From NCBI GenBank assembly GCA_903813345.2, contig CAIIXF020000001.1, positions 34,162,001 to 34,226,000 of the forward strand: DNA of 64,000 bases, written 5' to 3'. Of this stretch, positions 29,327 through 42,403 are shown in pieces. Source of the stretch: Owenia fusiformis. Taxonomy: Eukaryota. The translations under genes and the position numbers were made by a program. The notes under the pieces were generated by a model. That model was not told the origin of the DNA. It saw only the letters and a list, made by a program, of their open reading frames with translations, and searched no databases. The number at the start of each line of letters is the position of its first letter. Position 1 is the first letter of the stretch.

Positions 29327-30180
29327 CGAGGCCCGTTCAGAAAGTAAGTAACCAACTGCTCTCATTTTTCATACTGTATTGAATCATATTGAAATTTTTA
29401 CAGACGATGTAGAAAATATTGACCTATTAAATAAGACTAAATGTAATGGGTTAACGTCAATTCCATTGTTATTGGTGTTGCTATGGTGCATTTGTTTCGG
29501 GTAGGCGGGACACCCTTTTGTAAGCGGCTTTGGAAGATGATTTGTAGAGTTCTTAACATGTTGTATACCTCCACATGACCTCACATTTTCATGTAAAACT
29601 GCGTAATTTGTTCTATCACAATGGTAAATACATTCCATTGTCTTATTTATGAGTCATCAACACAAAGAAATAGAGGACATATGTCTCATAATGATGGTCG
29701 CGGTTCAGTCACAGTTTCAATCAAGTCAAATGTGGTTGAAAGGGGATTTTACTGGCATGACAACAATGGTTGGTCCACCCCACAGAGTCCACATTACTGA
29801 AAATACAGTAGATGAAGCCTTCTCCATGGCCGCACAACTACCCCAGGCTCCCTATTCCCTAGACCTGGCCACATTCGACTAATATCTCTTTCCAAATGCA
29901 AAGATGTCGTTACGGGGAATCTGTTTTAGAGCAATACAGTCGTCATTAAAGCTTTCAATGGCAGTAGGTGACCTGTTGCACTTACAAAAGGGTGCCCCGC
30001 CTACCCAAAACAATTGTCACCATAGCAACACCCATAACAATGGAATTGACACTAATCAATTGTCATTGATCTTATTTAATAGGATAATATTTTCTGCATC
30101 ACCTGTGAAAATTCCAATGTGATTGAATAAAGTAAGAAAAAATGAGAGCAGTTGGTTTCTTACTTTCTGATCGGGCCTCG
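29327..30180. mobile_element. mariner-derived MITE
   Basis: TA TSD; TIR cgaggcccg.tcagaaagtaag; PQAPYSLDLATFD*YLFP transposase remnant. Confidence 0.9.
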
Positions 30181-31477
30181 TAAATAAGAAAAAACTATGG
30201 ATTTGACCTAGGTTTTGACCTAGGCATTTTGGTGTCCAAATTTTGAAACTATGTAGCTTTTGAGGTCCACTTCTTTTATAAGCATTCATTATGTTAAGCT
30301 GTATTCAGTCTTTATCTTGTATTTTACACTTCGAAAAAGTCTTTTTTCCCATTGACTTAACATAGGCACCAAATTTAGCGATTTTTGAGATTTCAAAACG
30401 CTATAACTTCCAAACCGGAAGTAGGATCGAACTTTTGTTGCAGATTCGGATTCCACTTATTTGATTACTCACACGTTGAATTTGGAGAACTTTTTATGTT
30501 CTGACCTTTTTTCGGACGCCATATCACAAAATCGGTAAGAGTAATCAAACAACGATTTGCCTTTCGGAATTAGCTTTTTTCTAAGGAACATGATGAAATA
30601 AACCGGAGCGAAAATACTGAGAAAACTTGTAATATAGTGAAAACACACGATTTGACCTAGTTCTTGACCTTTGGCCTAGATATACATTTGACCTAATTTC
30701 CCAGAAACTAGGTCTCATTACTAGTTGACTATGTTGGCAGATTTAAGTCCTTCTAGTTGCTGAGAAAAAGTGTTCGGAAAGAAAGAATAAGAAAACTGGC
30801 AAAAGCAATAGACTCCAGGTATTCACATATCAAATATGAACAAAATCGCTCTATTACTTTTTGAGTTATAGTAAAAAACGTAAAATAACACACATAAAAA
30901 TGGTGGCAAGTTTTAAAATGGCCACCTTTTTTACATTTGAAACATATTGCTATTACAGGTTTAATTATTGTACCTAAATTACTGTAAAATCGGCACTAAA
31001 ATGGCCACCATTTTTAAATGAGCAGCAGTTTTGAAAATCGGCTTTCGAGCAGAACTTCTACCCCCAAACGGCAAGTGTTCATACTCATACTCTTACGCAA
31101 TGCGCTCATCTCTCCATGTTATGCATGGTTCAGCCTTGAGTCATTTGAGGGTTAAAGCGGAGAAAAGCAGCCCATTGGCAATTCTTTCTCCAAATTTACG
31201 TAAACGTAACTTCGAAAACCGGTTAAGACCTGCATTTCTAACCGATTCCGTTTACGTTACATTCCGTTGTCTTCTGTTTGTGATAAAAATGTCGTGGGAA
31301 TTCTGCCCACAACGCGTGAAATAAAGAAAAAGGAAAAATCGTACCTTCGAGGTTCCGACATTTTGTTACCGAAACGTGGATCACCAGTGATGTCTCCAGT
31401 AAATGGACAGAGCAGCAAATCATCTGTTTTAAATCAATCCTGCCTTCATTGATAACCTCTATGAAAATAATACTTAC

Positions 31478-31695
31478 AACATGTCTTCCAAATCAATGTC
31501 CCCAATTTCTCTGTTTTCATAGAGGTCTCTCCATGTAGAATTAGTAAGGCCAGATCTGTAGATGCTTTCAAACACAGGGACAGTGGAGCCCTTCCCCATA
31601 GAGTAGATCATTATTGTTGATGTCCTTTCATTACCAATGAAGAAATATAGTCGTTCGTCTATTGGAACAACCTCCACCGTCTCTGGCTCAGGGCC
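31478..31695 (-). CDS. MSP130-like exon (GPEPETV...FIGNERTS...GDIDLEDM)
   Basis: ctattag acceptor, TT|gtaagt donor; RSDDK-GPEPE junction is in frame. Confidence 0.94.
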
Positions 31696-31709
31696 CTAAT
31701 AGACATAAT

Positions 31710-33525
31710 ACAAGAACACAAATGTGTACAAAATGTCCCCACCAATGGGTGATCCCGTCAAATGGTTATCCTGAAAATGAGTAGACAAGACTTTACCGAC
31801 ACAATTTGAGGACGGAAAATCCAAAATGGCCACCTTAAAATTTACCCAGAATGCCAAAAAATAGTCAGTTCTAGATTTTCATACTAAGAACCACCCCTGA
31901 AAATTTGAAATTGATCCGTCACACAGTTAACCAGAAAACATGTAAACAAGACTTTACAGACAAGATTTTAGGATGGAAAATCTAAAATGGCTGCCTTGAA
32001 ATTTACCCAAAATGTCAAAAAACTAATCTGTTCTAGATTTTCATACTAAGAATCATCCCTGAAAATTTGAAATTGATCTACCAAACGGTTAACCTGGAAA
32101 TGCGTAGACAATACTTTACAGACAAGATTTTAGGACGGAAAATCCAAAATGGCTGCCTTGATGTTTAGCCAGAATCCCAAAAACCTAATCAGATCTAAAT
32201 TTTTATACAAAGAATCCTTCCTGAAAATTTGACATTGATCTACCAAACGGTTCACCTAAAAACGCGTAGACAAGACTTTACAGGCAAGATTTAAAGACGG
32301 AAAATCCAAAATGGCTGCCTTGACATTTATCCAGAATGCCAAAAAACAAATCAGATCTAGATTTCCATACTAAGAATCATCCCTGAAAATTTGAAATTGA
32401 TCTTCCGAATGGTTCACCGGGAAATGCGTAGACAAGACTTTATAGACAAGATTTTAGGATGGAAAAGTCCAAAATGGCTGCCTTGACATTTATCCAGAAT
32501 GCCAAAATGGCTAATCAGATCTAGATTTTCATACTAAGAATCATCCCTGAAAATTTGAAATTGATCTACCAAACGGTTCACCTGAAAACGCGTAGACAAG
32601 ACTTTACAGACAAGATTTTAGGATGGAAAAATCCAAAATGGCCGACAATAAAAAAAGTGATTATGAGTTTTTGCTGATTTCTTTTTACAAAATTATCACA
32701 TATAACTACTGTTAACAATAACATAGGCTTTTACAACAAGGAACACCTGAAATTATTTATAAACCTACTAAATAGTTTAAGTATGAAAACTCAAAAACAC
32801 CATTCAATATGATACAAAGTATTATTGAAGAGGAGGGAAAGCCCCAAATCCTCAGCGATGACTGACATACCACCTTCGTTTGCGCAAATTCTCACCAGTT
32901 AGTTTTCGAATATAACGCGTCGTTGTGATGTTTTAATAGATTTAAGCATATTCCTTACACCATTCTTTATCTTGATGTGAAATAACAAGCTATGATATTG
33001 GTTAACATGCCAGAAATTAACATAATATTATTCGAAGCATTATTAGAAATCTTTGAATCCGCCATTTTTGCTTGTCGATTTTGACAATCAGAGACGTGGG
33101 TCATGTCAATACAGGTTTACATTATAAGCGTATGTCATCTTTGATCTCTGGGGTTAATCCCCCTCTTGTATTATCGCGCGCTAACCTTTCTTAAAACATT
33201 CAAAATGGCTGACATGACTGGGCTAACAGGTCCAAAACCCAATCATATGTAGAATGAAGTGAGCTGAACAAGATGTTAAAGTTTTAAAAGCAACTGTGAA
33301 GCCGTTTTTCTTAAAGTTTGCAGCCAAGGATTTTAGATTTGACTTCAAAATGGCCGACAGGGAGTAGGTATCGAGCTAAAAAATTCATCCACATCTGTAT
33401 GCACTCATAAGTTATCCCTAAAAGTTTGAAGGTGATATCTGTAGCGGTTTTGGAGAAAACTGCCGGACGTACGGACGGACAGACAGACGGACGAACAGAT
33501 AGCGCAGTCAGATGTCCCTTTGATA
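31710..33525 (-). mobile_element. HINE-like element with ~6 x 162-bp tandem units and ACGG/ACAG microsatellite
   Basis: gacaa anchors at 31784, 32107, 32269 and onward; terminal acacaaatgtgt stem-loop and atgtccc; microsatellite at 33465-33497; related fragment near 17060-17340. Confidence 0.68.
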
Positions 33526-36500
33526 GTTCATCTTTTTCAGGAAAGCAACAAACCTGGCACAGTTGTAGAAACATACAGGTATGATCTGAATGAAAAATGA
33601 TTTCGGGGTAAGTGATTCGGGATGGTCTTCATGGATTTTAAGCCTCTGACCCCCACCCCTATCAGGCGGGGAGGGGTACATTATAATAAAATAAATAAAA
33701 ATAGTTTTAAAGTATATTTCTTTAAATGACTTCATTTGATGATTGCTTTGAGCCTTGAAATTGAGAAAACCCTATTTTAGAAGTTGTGTTTAGGAAGGAA
33801 AATACATTCTAACCCAATTATCTAGCGTGAATTCATCTTTCAAAGGGTCAAATATGGGACATCAAGTACTGTATTTCAAGAATGTGATGTCTGATCATCC
33901 TGAAAAAATTCATACTAATAGAGGTATAGGTGGTTATCGTATGATATATGGCTTGTGTAGCTCATGTACTTTTTGAGAAATAAATTATTGAAATTTGGAT
34001 TTTTAAGCCCTTGCGGCCTAGGGGTAGCCTTATTTTACCTTTATCATTTTTAAGATATGCAATTTTTGGGTCTCATATGAATTCAAAATGTTGCATTAAG
34101 TTCTGTTTTGTCATATTATTCCTAATAAGATGTAAAAAATTATTGGAAATTAAAAATAATTAATTTTCATTTTCGGTTCTAAAGGGCCAGGGCTAACCAT
34201 ATTTTACCCTAATAATTTCCCAGATATGTAATATATGCATCTCAAATTAAATTAGCTCAAGATGGTGCATATAGTTCTGTTTTATCATACTTCTTCCAAG
34301 ATGTAGAAAAATGAGCGGATATATCTAAAAGATCAACATTTTCACTTTATCTTTTGATGGCCCTGGGGAAACCTTATTTTACCTTAATAATTTTCTAAAT
34401 ATGAGACATATTCACCTCAAATGAGCTTAAAATGGTATATTTAGTCCTGTTTTATCATATCATTCCCAAGGAGTGAAAATTGATTGGAAATTTTAAGAAA
34501 ATGACATTTTCATATTACACCCCCAATCCGCAACATCTTCTTGCAGCGCTGTAAACAGTACTGAACAGTGCAGTCAGAGTACTGCATTGTATAGCAATGA
34601 AAAATGCCCTTCTAACACCATCTGTTTTGGACAGCGTGGTACAGTACTGTTTTTACAGCTCAGTACTGTGACCAGTACTGCTTTTACAGAGCTGTTTATG
34701 AAACCATGCTGTTTGATGCAGTTTGAGATTGGTAGTGTAGTTTATGATGGGTCTGAGATGACCTTATTTTACCGTAAAAATTTAAATAAAGATATATCAT
34801 ATTGTCTACTCAAATGAGCTCAAAATAGTAAATGGGCTTGAGCAAGCTATTGGTAGTACTTTCATATTGGCACCCAGAAAAAATGCAAGGCTTAAGATAC
34901 AGATTGGAAATCAGTCTTATTAATTAGGTATATCCACTATATATCTGAGGAAGATATCATGTTTTGAAAGATGAATGGTAATTCTTTTTATAAATTTTCA
35001 TGTATCAAAACAAAATATGCCTTATTCTCCATGTAACAAATTCCCGAGAAAAAATCATCATTTAAATATATACTTCAAGCATGTACTTAAAAAGAATATG
35101 TTTAAGTAATTTGGCTGCATTGGAAAGATTAAGGAATTTGCTTTAAAATGATATGCAACAAGTGTGTCCATAATAGCGTATAGAGTTTTTATAACCGCTT
35201 GTAACACACAACCGTTTGTGTAACATTTCAATGTAAATTTTATGTTAAAAAATACAGAATTTTTCAACATATTTTCCAATCTTTGCTTACTTTTTTTTAA
35301 GATGACATCAGTAGTACTGAATTTTAAAATTTTGTCACTAAAAATGTTTAGAAAAGGCTGTGGTGGTTCCTGAGATATTGGCTCTCAAAATAACCGAATG
35401 ATTTTCCGACACTACACGCAAATGTCTTTTCCGAAGAGCATGTGTATTTTAAGACTGAAGTGATATGATACACTAAAAACTATTTTAAAACAAAATGCAT
35501 TTAGTTTCTTGAATATTTAAAACAAATAAGTAGCTTTTTCCGACACAAGAAAAAAGTCCTTTCCGAAGAGCTCTTCGAAAAAGACAACTCTGTCAAAACA
35601 GTGCATTTTCCAACAATTTTAAAGAGAAACACACTGGAATATATTTTCTGATGAACGTTAATACATAAAATATCTTTACTGAAGAAACTAAGACTTAAAC
35701 AGGAAGTACGAAAGTAAATGTTTCCTTTCCGAAGAGCAATCCAATCTCTGATCAGGAATGCTGTATTGGGTGTCTATAACTAACTTTTCTTCTGATGTAT
35801 AAAAGCATTAGCACAATGTTTACAAATATTACATTGAATCTTGATTTGGGCAGTACTGCAAAACCCTTTAAAACACTGAGTGTAGAATTGTAAATTAAGG
35901 ATAACGCAAATGTAAAATTGTATCTTGATCACTATTTTTCCTGTGATAATAGGTTAAATTCACTGACAATTACCACCAATAATTGAGTCGTTTCTGTGCA
36001 TAATGCTGTTACATAGGCCTACGTGTCCCTGGCCCAGCAACTAAAAAACTATAAAAGTACATTCATGATAGCCTTAAAGTGATGACTTTAATGATGTTTT
36101 GCCCTATTATCGCCCATATATTTACCTATGAAAAATCGCAGATAATTTTGTAATCTGTGGTAAATCTCGAAAACATGAATACACGAATAGAAACAAATGT
36201 ATAATCTCCAAAAATTGCTCCCACAAATTCAATCTGTTTAACAGTATTTAACAATACACTAAAAAATGTCCTTTCCGAAGAGCTCTGGACAAGTGTAATT
36301 TAGTCATATGGTACACATATATACTATCATGATTGTCTCATATATAAACAAACATTACTAAGGAATTTGTAATGATTCAGACAGAAGGAAAAATGAACAG
36401 GATATTCAAAGTAATTAAGTATTATGGTAATTGGAAAAATGATTGAACGTTTTTGCAAAAATCACCGGCCAAGTGAAGAGACTGGTCTTCCTATTTCATT

Positions 36501-36573
36501 TCTACGATAAAAACTATTCGTTATTTAGAACCATATATGTGCAAGCTTTAAAACAAAATATGCGGAACATATA

Positions 36574-37470
36574 ATGAAACTTATCTTATCAAAATTTAAT
36601 GACCTGATTTATTCAAAAGTTAAATGTATTTCCTCGTGGGATTTTTCTACACTTTACACATTAATTCCTCATGACAAGTTAAAATATGAAATATTTGGAA
36701 TCATTAAAAAGACAATGACGGGTTGTAAATTTAAATATGTTAACTGTAATTCAAATAGGGCTTTCTTTTCTAGTGAACAATATGATGAATATATTTCTTT
36801 CACTGCAGTACAATTCTGTGAGGTGTTGGGCTTTCATATTGATAATATATTTGTTAAGTTTGGAAATACAGTTTTACGTCAGAATGTAGGTATACCAATG
36901 GGTACAGATTGTGCTCCTCTTTTAGCAGACCCTTTTCTTTTCTCGTATGAGTGTAAATATTTTACAAAGGACGATGAAAGATAAAGGTAAATTTCATATT
37001 GCAAAGTTATTTAATAAGACAGATCGATATATTGATGACTTGTTAAGTTTAGACAACCCAAAATTTAAAGACTTTGTAGGTGAGATATATCCTACTGAGC
37101 TAGAATTGAAAAAGACTAATGAATCTGATATGAGTGCACCTTATCTTGATCTTCTTATTAACATTGAACCAGACAACAGTATATATTGTAAATTATATGA
37201 CAAAAGAGATGACTTTAATTTTGACATTGTTAATTTTCCACATTTGGATAGCAATATTCCACTTAACCCAACATATGGAGTTTATGTATCCCAGCTTATT
37301 AGGTATAGCAAGGCGTGTTCAAAATATCTAGATTTCAAATCAAGACACCATATTTTAGTGAGCAAGCTGTTAGGTCAAGGTTATACTGGTAAAAAACTTA
37401 AGAAATACTTTCTGGGCTTTGCTGAAAAGTACAAGTCATTAATTTCAAAATTTCAAGTTTTACTACTTGA
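36574..37470 (+). pseudogene. Penelope-like element reverse transcriptase (Naiad-like), 5'-truncated, one frameshift near 36960
   Basis: DFSTLYT.IPH, RQ.VGIPMGTDCAPLLAD, RYIDD, YLDL, LYDKRDDFNF.IVNFP, YGVYVSQLIRY motifs; no C-terminal GIY-YIG domain. Confidence 0.92.
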
Positions 37471-37475
37471 GATGC

Positions 37476-37575
37476 TGTCGAGTTGGCCGAGAGGGTTTGA
37501 GCGCCAGCAAGTTCAGGCTAGGTGATTTGGGCCCTAACCACGAGGTTGCGATTTCGAGACGCGTCTGCCCATGCG
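37476..37575 (+). mobile_element. tRNA-derived SINE-like head
   Basis: A-box-like TGGCCGAGAGG (37484-37494) and degenerate B-box ATTTCGAGAC (37551-37560); no full cloverleaf. Confidence 0.5.
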
Positions 37576-38307
37576 TTTATTCTTTTATGAGTACTAGTAT
37601 CTACAACTATTTTTGATGTTATGAGTATTGGCTATCATTTTTTTCAATTTTTTCAATTTTTCTTCAACATGTATTGTAATGACTTCAGTATAAATGAAAT
37701 GTCCCTTGGTATTCTGGTTCTGGATTGTGATATTGGTTCTTGATTGGAGGGGGGAGGGGGATGTTAGACATTGTTTCTTTTCACGTTAGATCATGGTTTT
37801 GGGATAGGGTCTACTTTTCTTATGACGGATTTACACTTACAGTTTGCTTTTCTTGTTGGGTTTCTTTAAAGTTTTTAGTCACCCTTCCCTTTGGCATTTG
37901 TGCTTATATATATATATATATATTATCTCTGGGTCAATAAAAAAATGAAAGGTAAGACATTAAGTGAAATTATGATTCAGGAAAATGTTTTTTTCTAGCA
38001 AGTTTGAAAATCCACTTCTATAGGACTAAACGTGCTACCAATAGCTTGCTCAAGCCCAAATATAGTCTAGTTTTGTCATATCATTCCTACTGAGATATAC
38101 AATAATAAAAAATTATAAAATTACAATTATAAAAAATGAACCTCAACATCCATTTATTCCTTTTTAGTACCAATGGCAATACTATCTAGTTTTATGGAAC
38201 ATAAAGTCCAGTTTATACTTGTACCAGGAGAAGCATTGTTAAGATTCTGTATAAAATCATTTGAGAATATAATCCAAATCTATAAAACCTAATCAAAGGG
38301 GTCACAA

Positions 38308-39060
38308 TTTATGGATTCTGACAGTCTTCCCTACAGCTACATAGCTCAGAGCAAATTAGATCTACTTTCAAACATTTGCATCTGTTCTATTGAAACAGGT
38401 ATCTACCCCATGACCTACATTTTATGTTGTGGCCTCAGTACTATCAGCAGTAGGAGAAGCCCAGCCACATTCATGTGGCGATAGAAACTGTGGGTAAGAA
38501 TGCATCAGAATGAATAAGGACTCTAGGACTGCAATGTCATTTACTTTAAGGGTATCAAAAAAGATTTAAAGCTTAAGAACACTTGCATAATCTCAGGGTA
38601 CTCCTTCTGTTCCTGCAAATCACTTGACTTGGGAGTAGTAGCAGATGCATCTAGCGATTGTATGAAAAGTGGTAAGGGCTAAACTTTGGTCATGGCCAAG
38701 TGGCCTTGAAATATTTAAGGCAGGTCGTACATATTGGAGGAATTTCCCCTTACCATAGGCCATATGCCATTCAAATTGACATTTTCAGCACAAGTTTCTG
38801 CCAGTTTAAACCACAAAATCAACTGTATTGACTATAATGCATGCTTCTTCAAACGAGCGAATGGTGATGGCAGATACTTAACTATCGGGCTAAGGTATTG
38901 AATTACCTCATTGTGAGGTCACTATCTTCTTGCCATCTTCCTCCAGGGTTTCAGATGAAATCGCATCATTATCGTGCACGCATTTAGCACATGGTTGGTG
39001 TGAAATGCTTTATGACCCAAGCTGCCAATGGCATCTGTTGTGGGGGCGGAGCTGCTAAAC
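38308..39060 (-). pseudogene. degraded transposase C-terminus with Cys cluster (Academ-like)
   Basis: NRCKCLKVDLICSELCSCREDCQNP* preceded by disrupted PPTTDA / LPSP...H segments. Confidence 0.45.
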
Positions 39061-39134
39061 TCACTCCATCCCTTTGGTTCTACATTATGGTAAAATATGA
39101 TAATATCAACCCTGACCTGTCAAAAGCTAATATA

Positions 39135-41041
39135 TACTCCTCAAAAAAAGTCAAGGACGAGTCTTTTCCTCAAAGGTTTACATGTTAAACCCCATGTATG
39201 TTTGAACTCTTATTTTCAAAGCCTGAAACGAAAGAAAGACTGATAATGTCAATAGATATGTACCTTGACTCTATTCTCTATATTTTAGAAAATTTTCAAT
39301 TCAATCTCTCCGTTACACACTGTAAACCTGCATAGTATAAATGCGGCAGTTCGCTTGTCACTGGTAGAAAGTCATTAATCACACATCTGGTGTTCTTGCA
39401 CATGCGTAGTGGTAATAAAATCTGTCTTAGAAAATATGGCTGTGGTGTTTGAAGGCTATGTCATGTTGTCTGGTAAGCTTAAAATCTATGATTTCTACCG
39501 ACATTTCTCTGTCTAAACTTATAACCTTATTATCTTATGATATTAAAGATTTGCTGAATCATATTTATTTGGTCATTATGTCACTATTTTAAAGGTATCA
39601 GTTAATATGAAATAGATATTTTTTGCATTTTTGAGTGTACTTTTCCATCATATTTTCTATATTTTCCTACTTTTTTACTTCAGAACTTTTTTCACAGTGA
39701 GAAACAATGGGGTCTTATGAAACAATACCACTTCAAGAAAAGTGTACATTATTTTGTTTAAAGAAGATATTGGCATTTTAATTGAGTAGGTGTTGGCCAA
39801 AATTGATATTTTTAACATTGGTTTGAATAGGCAACTTTGAGCTGTTGCTCGCAGAAAACAAGTGATATATCAAAGGAAAAAAATAATGTAGACAATTGAT
39901 TTAGATGAGCAGAAAGAGGAGACTTTTAAGTACAAAACCATCAAAAAATTATAGGATTCAAAAAGTAGAATCAATAAGAAAAGTGACTTTTCATGCAAAT
40001 GTGTACTAAAATTAAAATTTTATTTATGTACTAGGGTTTCATTTACAAAAGATAGATACAATGGAATGTGTTAGAATTCGGTTGATTATGATTAGAATTT
40101 GTGAACTTTTTTTACATCTATAAATTACTAATTGATCATTCTTTTTAGTTATTGCAAAAGTTATAGTTTCTAAGTAAGTTTAAACGAGTAATAACATGAA
40201 AAGTGAATGCGGTTTAATTAACCAAAAGTGGCTATAGCATTAACTTTCTACAGTGGAAGACTGTTTGACCTACTAGTAAACAAAGCTAAGAACTGGATAC
40301 TGGCCTAATTAATCAAAACCAGCTTGACAAGCGAACTGCCAGCTCAGGTTTACAGTGTACAATATGTCAAAAATTGATGTCAAATTTTGGGAATTTAAAA
40401 AAATGGCAGAACCCATGTAAACCAATGGGAAGTGGTTGGGTTGCAAAAAGTCATATGAGAATATATCCATCCATTCAATTGCTCTCTAAAATGGAATTTA
40501 AATAGACAATTGAATTTGCTAACTTGTCTACAACAAAAAATTGATTTGTTTCTCCAGGTTTTACAAAGTAATGAATCTCAAAAGTCAAAATCATTTCTCA
40601 AGAAAAACCATTGAAATAACAAAGGGGTCAAAAATGAGTTTTCAAAAATACATTGATTCTCTATATCTGTAACTCTCACAAAGTAAGCTTAATACCTAAC
40701 ACGCAGAAAGTTCAATTGTCTACTCAGAAATTATTTTTAATAAATGTTTTACCGAATAGATATCCAAAAATCTGATTTGCCCCTAACCCACCATTTCCCA
40801 TTGGTTAACATGGGTTCTGCCATTTTTTTAAAATTCCTCAACTTTGACATCAATTTTTGACCTATTGTAATAGAGAGATTAAATTGAAAATTTCCTGAAA
40901 TATAGAGAATAGAGTCAAGGTACATATCCATTTACATTATCAGGTTTTCTTTCGCTTAGAAAATAGAGTTTAAAGATACATTTGGTTTAACATGTAAACC
41001 TATGATGAAAAAGACTGGTCCTTAACTTTTTTTGAGGAGTA
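39135..41041. mobile_element. Tc1-like MITE, internally related to 13918-14786
   Basis: TA flanks; TIR tactcctcaaaaaaagt.aaggac; shared ccatgt.aaccaatggga internal motif. Confidence 0.88.
39318..40357. mobile_element. nested MITE with CACTG termini
   Basis: cactgtaaacctg...caggtttacagtg; flanking direct repeat TACA; removal restores the host TIR arm. Confidence 0.85.
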
Positions 41042-41326
41042 TATGTCATTTTTCAAATTTCCATTATTTTTTACATCTCCTATGGAATAATATGACAAAA
41101 CAAGAGTGTATGGTGTATGACGCTTTTTAAGCTATTTGAGATGCATACGTCTCATAATTAAGATGATAATCTCACACTATGTGTTGGGGACATAAAAAAC
41201 AATAAAAACATGACAGCTGTATGAAGTGGTATAAATTAGTTGAACTCATAATGTAATATCTGTAAAAATAATCACGTGTGCGCCTCTATGGGGTCCCTCT
41301 CTTAACGTGGACACAGTAATTAGTAC

Positions 41327-41574
41327 CTTGTCATCTGAACGTGTGTCCATGTCAGTAGTTGGGGTATGGGTCTCAGACTCAATATGGCTGTTGAATATAT
41401 TAGGAAACCTTTCACTATGTTTTTCTTCGACATCACTTCCACTATCAAACACAAGGCTTAGGTCCTGTGCATCCCATATACTGAAACTTCTACCTCCATA
41501 TGTATAGAATCTGCTAAATTTATTGGTTGCACTATCCTTGACCTCACCATCTTTGAAACTAAATACAAGATTTC
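41327..41574 (-). CDS. MSP130-like exon (NLVFSFKDG...YTYGGRSFSIWD...VFDSGSDVE...DTRSDDK)
   Basis: gtttcag acceptor, AAG|gtacta donor; GGRSFSIW, FDSG and D.RSDDK motifs. Confidence 0.94.
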
Positions 41575-42403
41575 CTGAAACAGAATACAAAAACAGCGAT
41601 ATTTGATAGTTAATGCTGAATATGACCACAGAGCTCAAATGGAGTAGTTTTCAACCCATTGATGACAGCACATTGAATTCAATTGACACAAATGTCCATG
41701 ATAACATTTTGGGTTAAGAAGTTATAATTTTGTTGTTGTAAAAATTTATTTATGATATCATAACTTTATCAAACATGTAATTTAGCATTTTATTTTACTT
41801 AAAGTCCTCGATAAATCGGGCTACGTATACCGCCGAGTTTATTCTTATTTTGGTATGCAAGCTATATCAACATAAGTACAAAACGTAATTTCGAAGGGCA
41901 AAATAGTGAATTATTATGCACCTCATTAAAATACTCAAATCTTATTGGTTCTTAGTTGCTTGTAATTTGGCAATACTCTGCTCTTTTCTGAAAACTGCCG
42001 GATATTTTTTTAATATCTGACCCTTTCGAGAAAAAGGGTCGGGTATTTTTTTCAATGTTTTTGCAACATTCCCACTTCAGAGTTTTATTTCTTAATAACT
42101 GGAGTACTACTTAAAGCTTACATCTGAAACTGGCGGAAAATAGAAGGCCGAGCCCAATATTTTTTCGAGGATAGGTATTCTGGCCATATCCAGCTCCTGA
42201 TCATCCAGTATTTGTTTAATATTGGACCGAGGGCCGAAGGCCCAAGGTCCAATATTTCACTATATTGCCCGCATAAATGACGTTATTGGCTCTTGCTGAG
42301 GCAAGAGCCATATCTCACTTGGGTTCAGTAGTAAGTGATAACGACAATGGACTGAGGTTTAAACGTTAGTTTACTAGTAGAAAACCTAATGGGTACTATT
42401 TAT

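Larger units (their letters stand above)
27615..30535. repeat. three tandem copies of an interspersed repeat, interrupted by two MITEs
   Basis: ccatt.act.a.cat...agattcggattcc motif recurs near 27625, 29055 and 30350. Confidence 0.75.
34834..38057. mobile_element. non-autonomous DNA transposon (Sola1-like by TSD) carrying a nested Penelope-like insertion
   Basis: 23-bp perfect TIR GGGCTTGAGCAAGCTATTGGTAG; 4-bp TSD AAAT (34830-34833, 38058-38061); internal tccgaagagc repeats. Confidence 0.85.

Noticed and set aside
37476..37575. functional tRNA gene
   Set aside because: degenerate B-box, no convincing cloverleaf or terminator; treated as SINE-like
37440..37960. hammerhead ribozyme expected in PLE repeats
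   Set aside because: no CTGATGA...GAAA core found by eye
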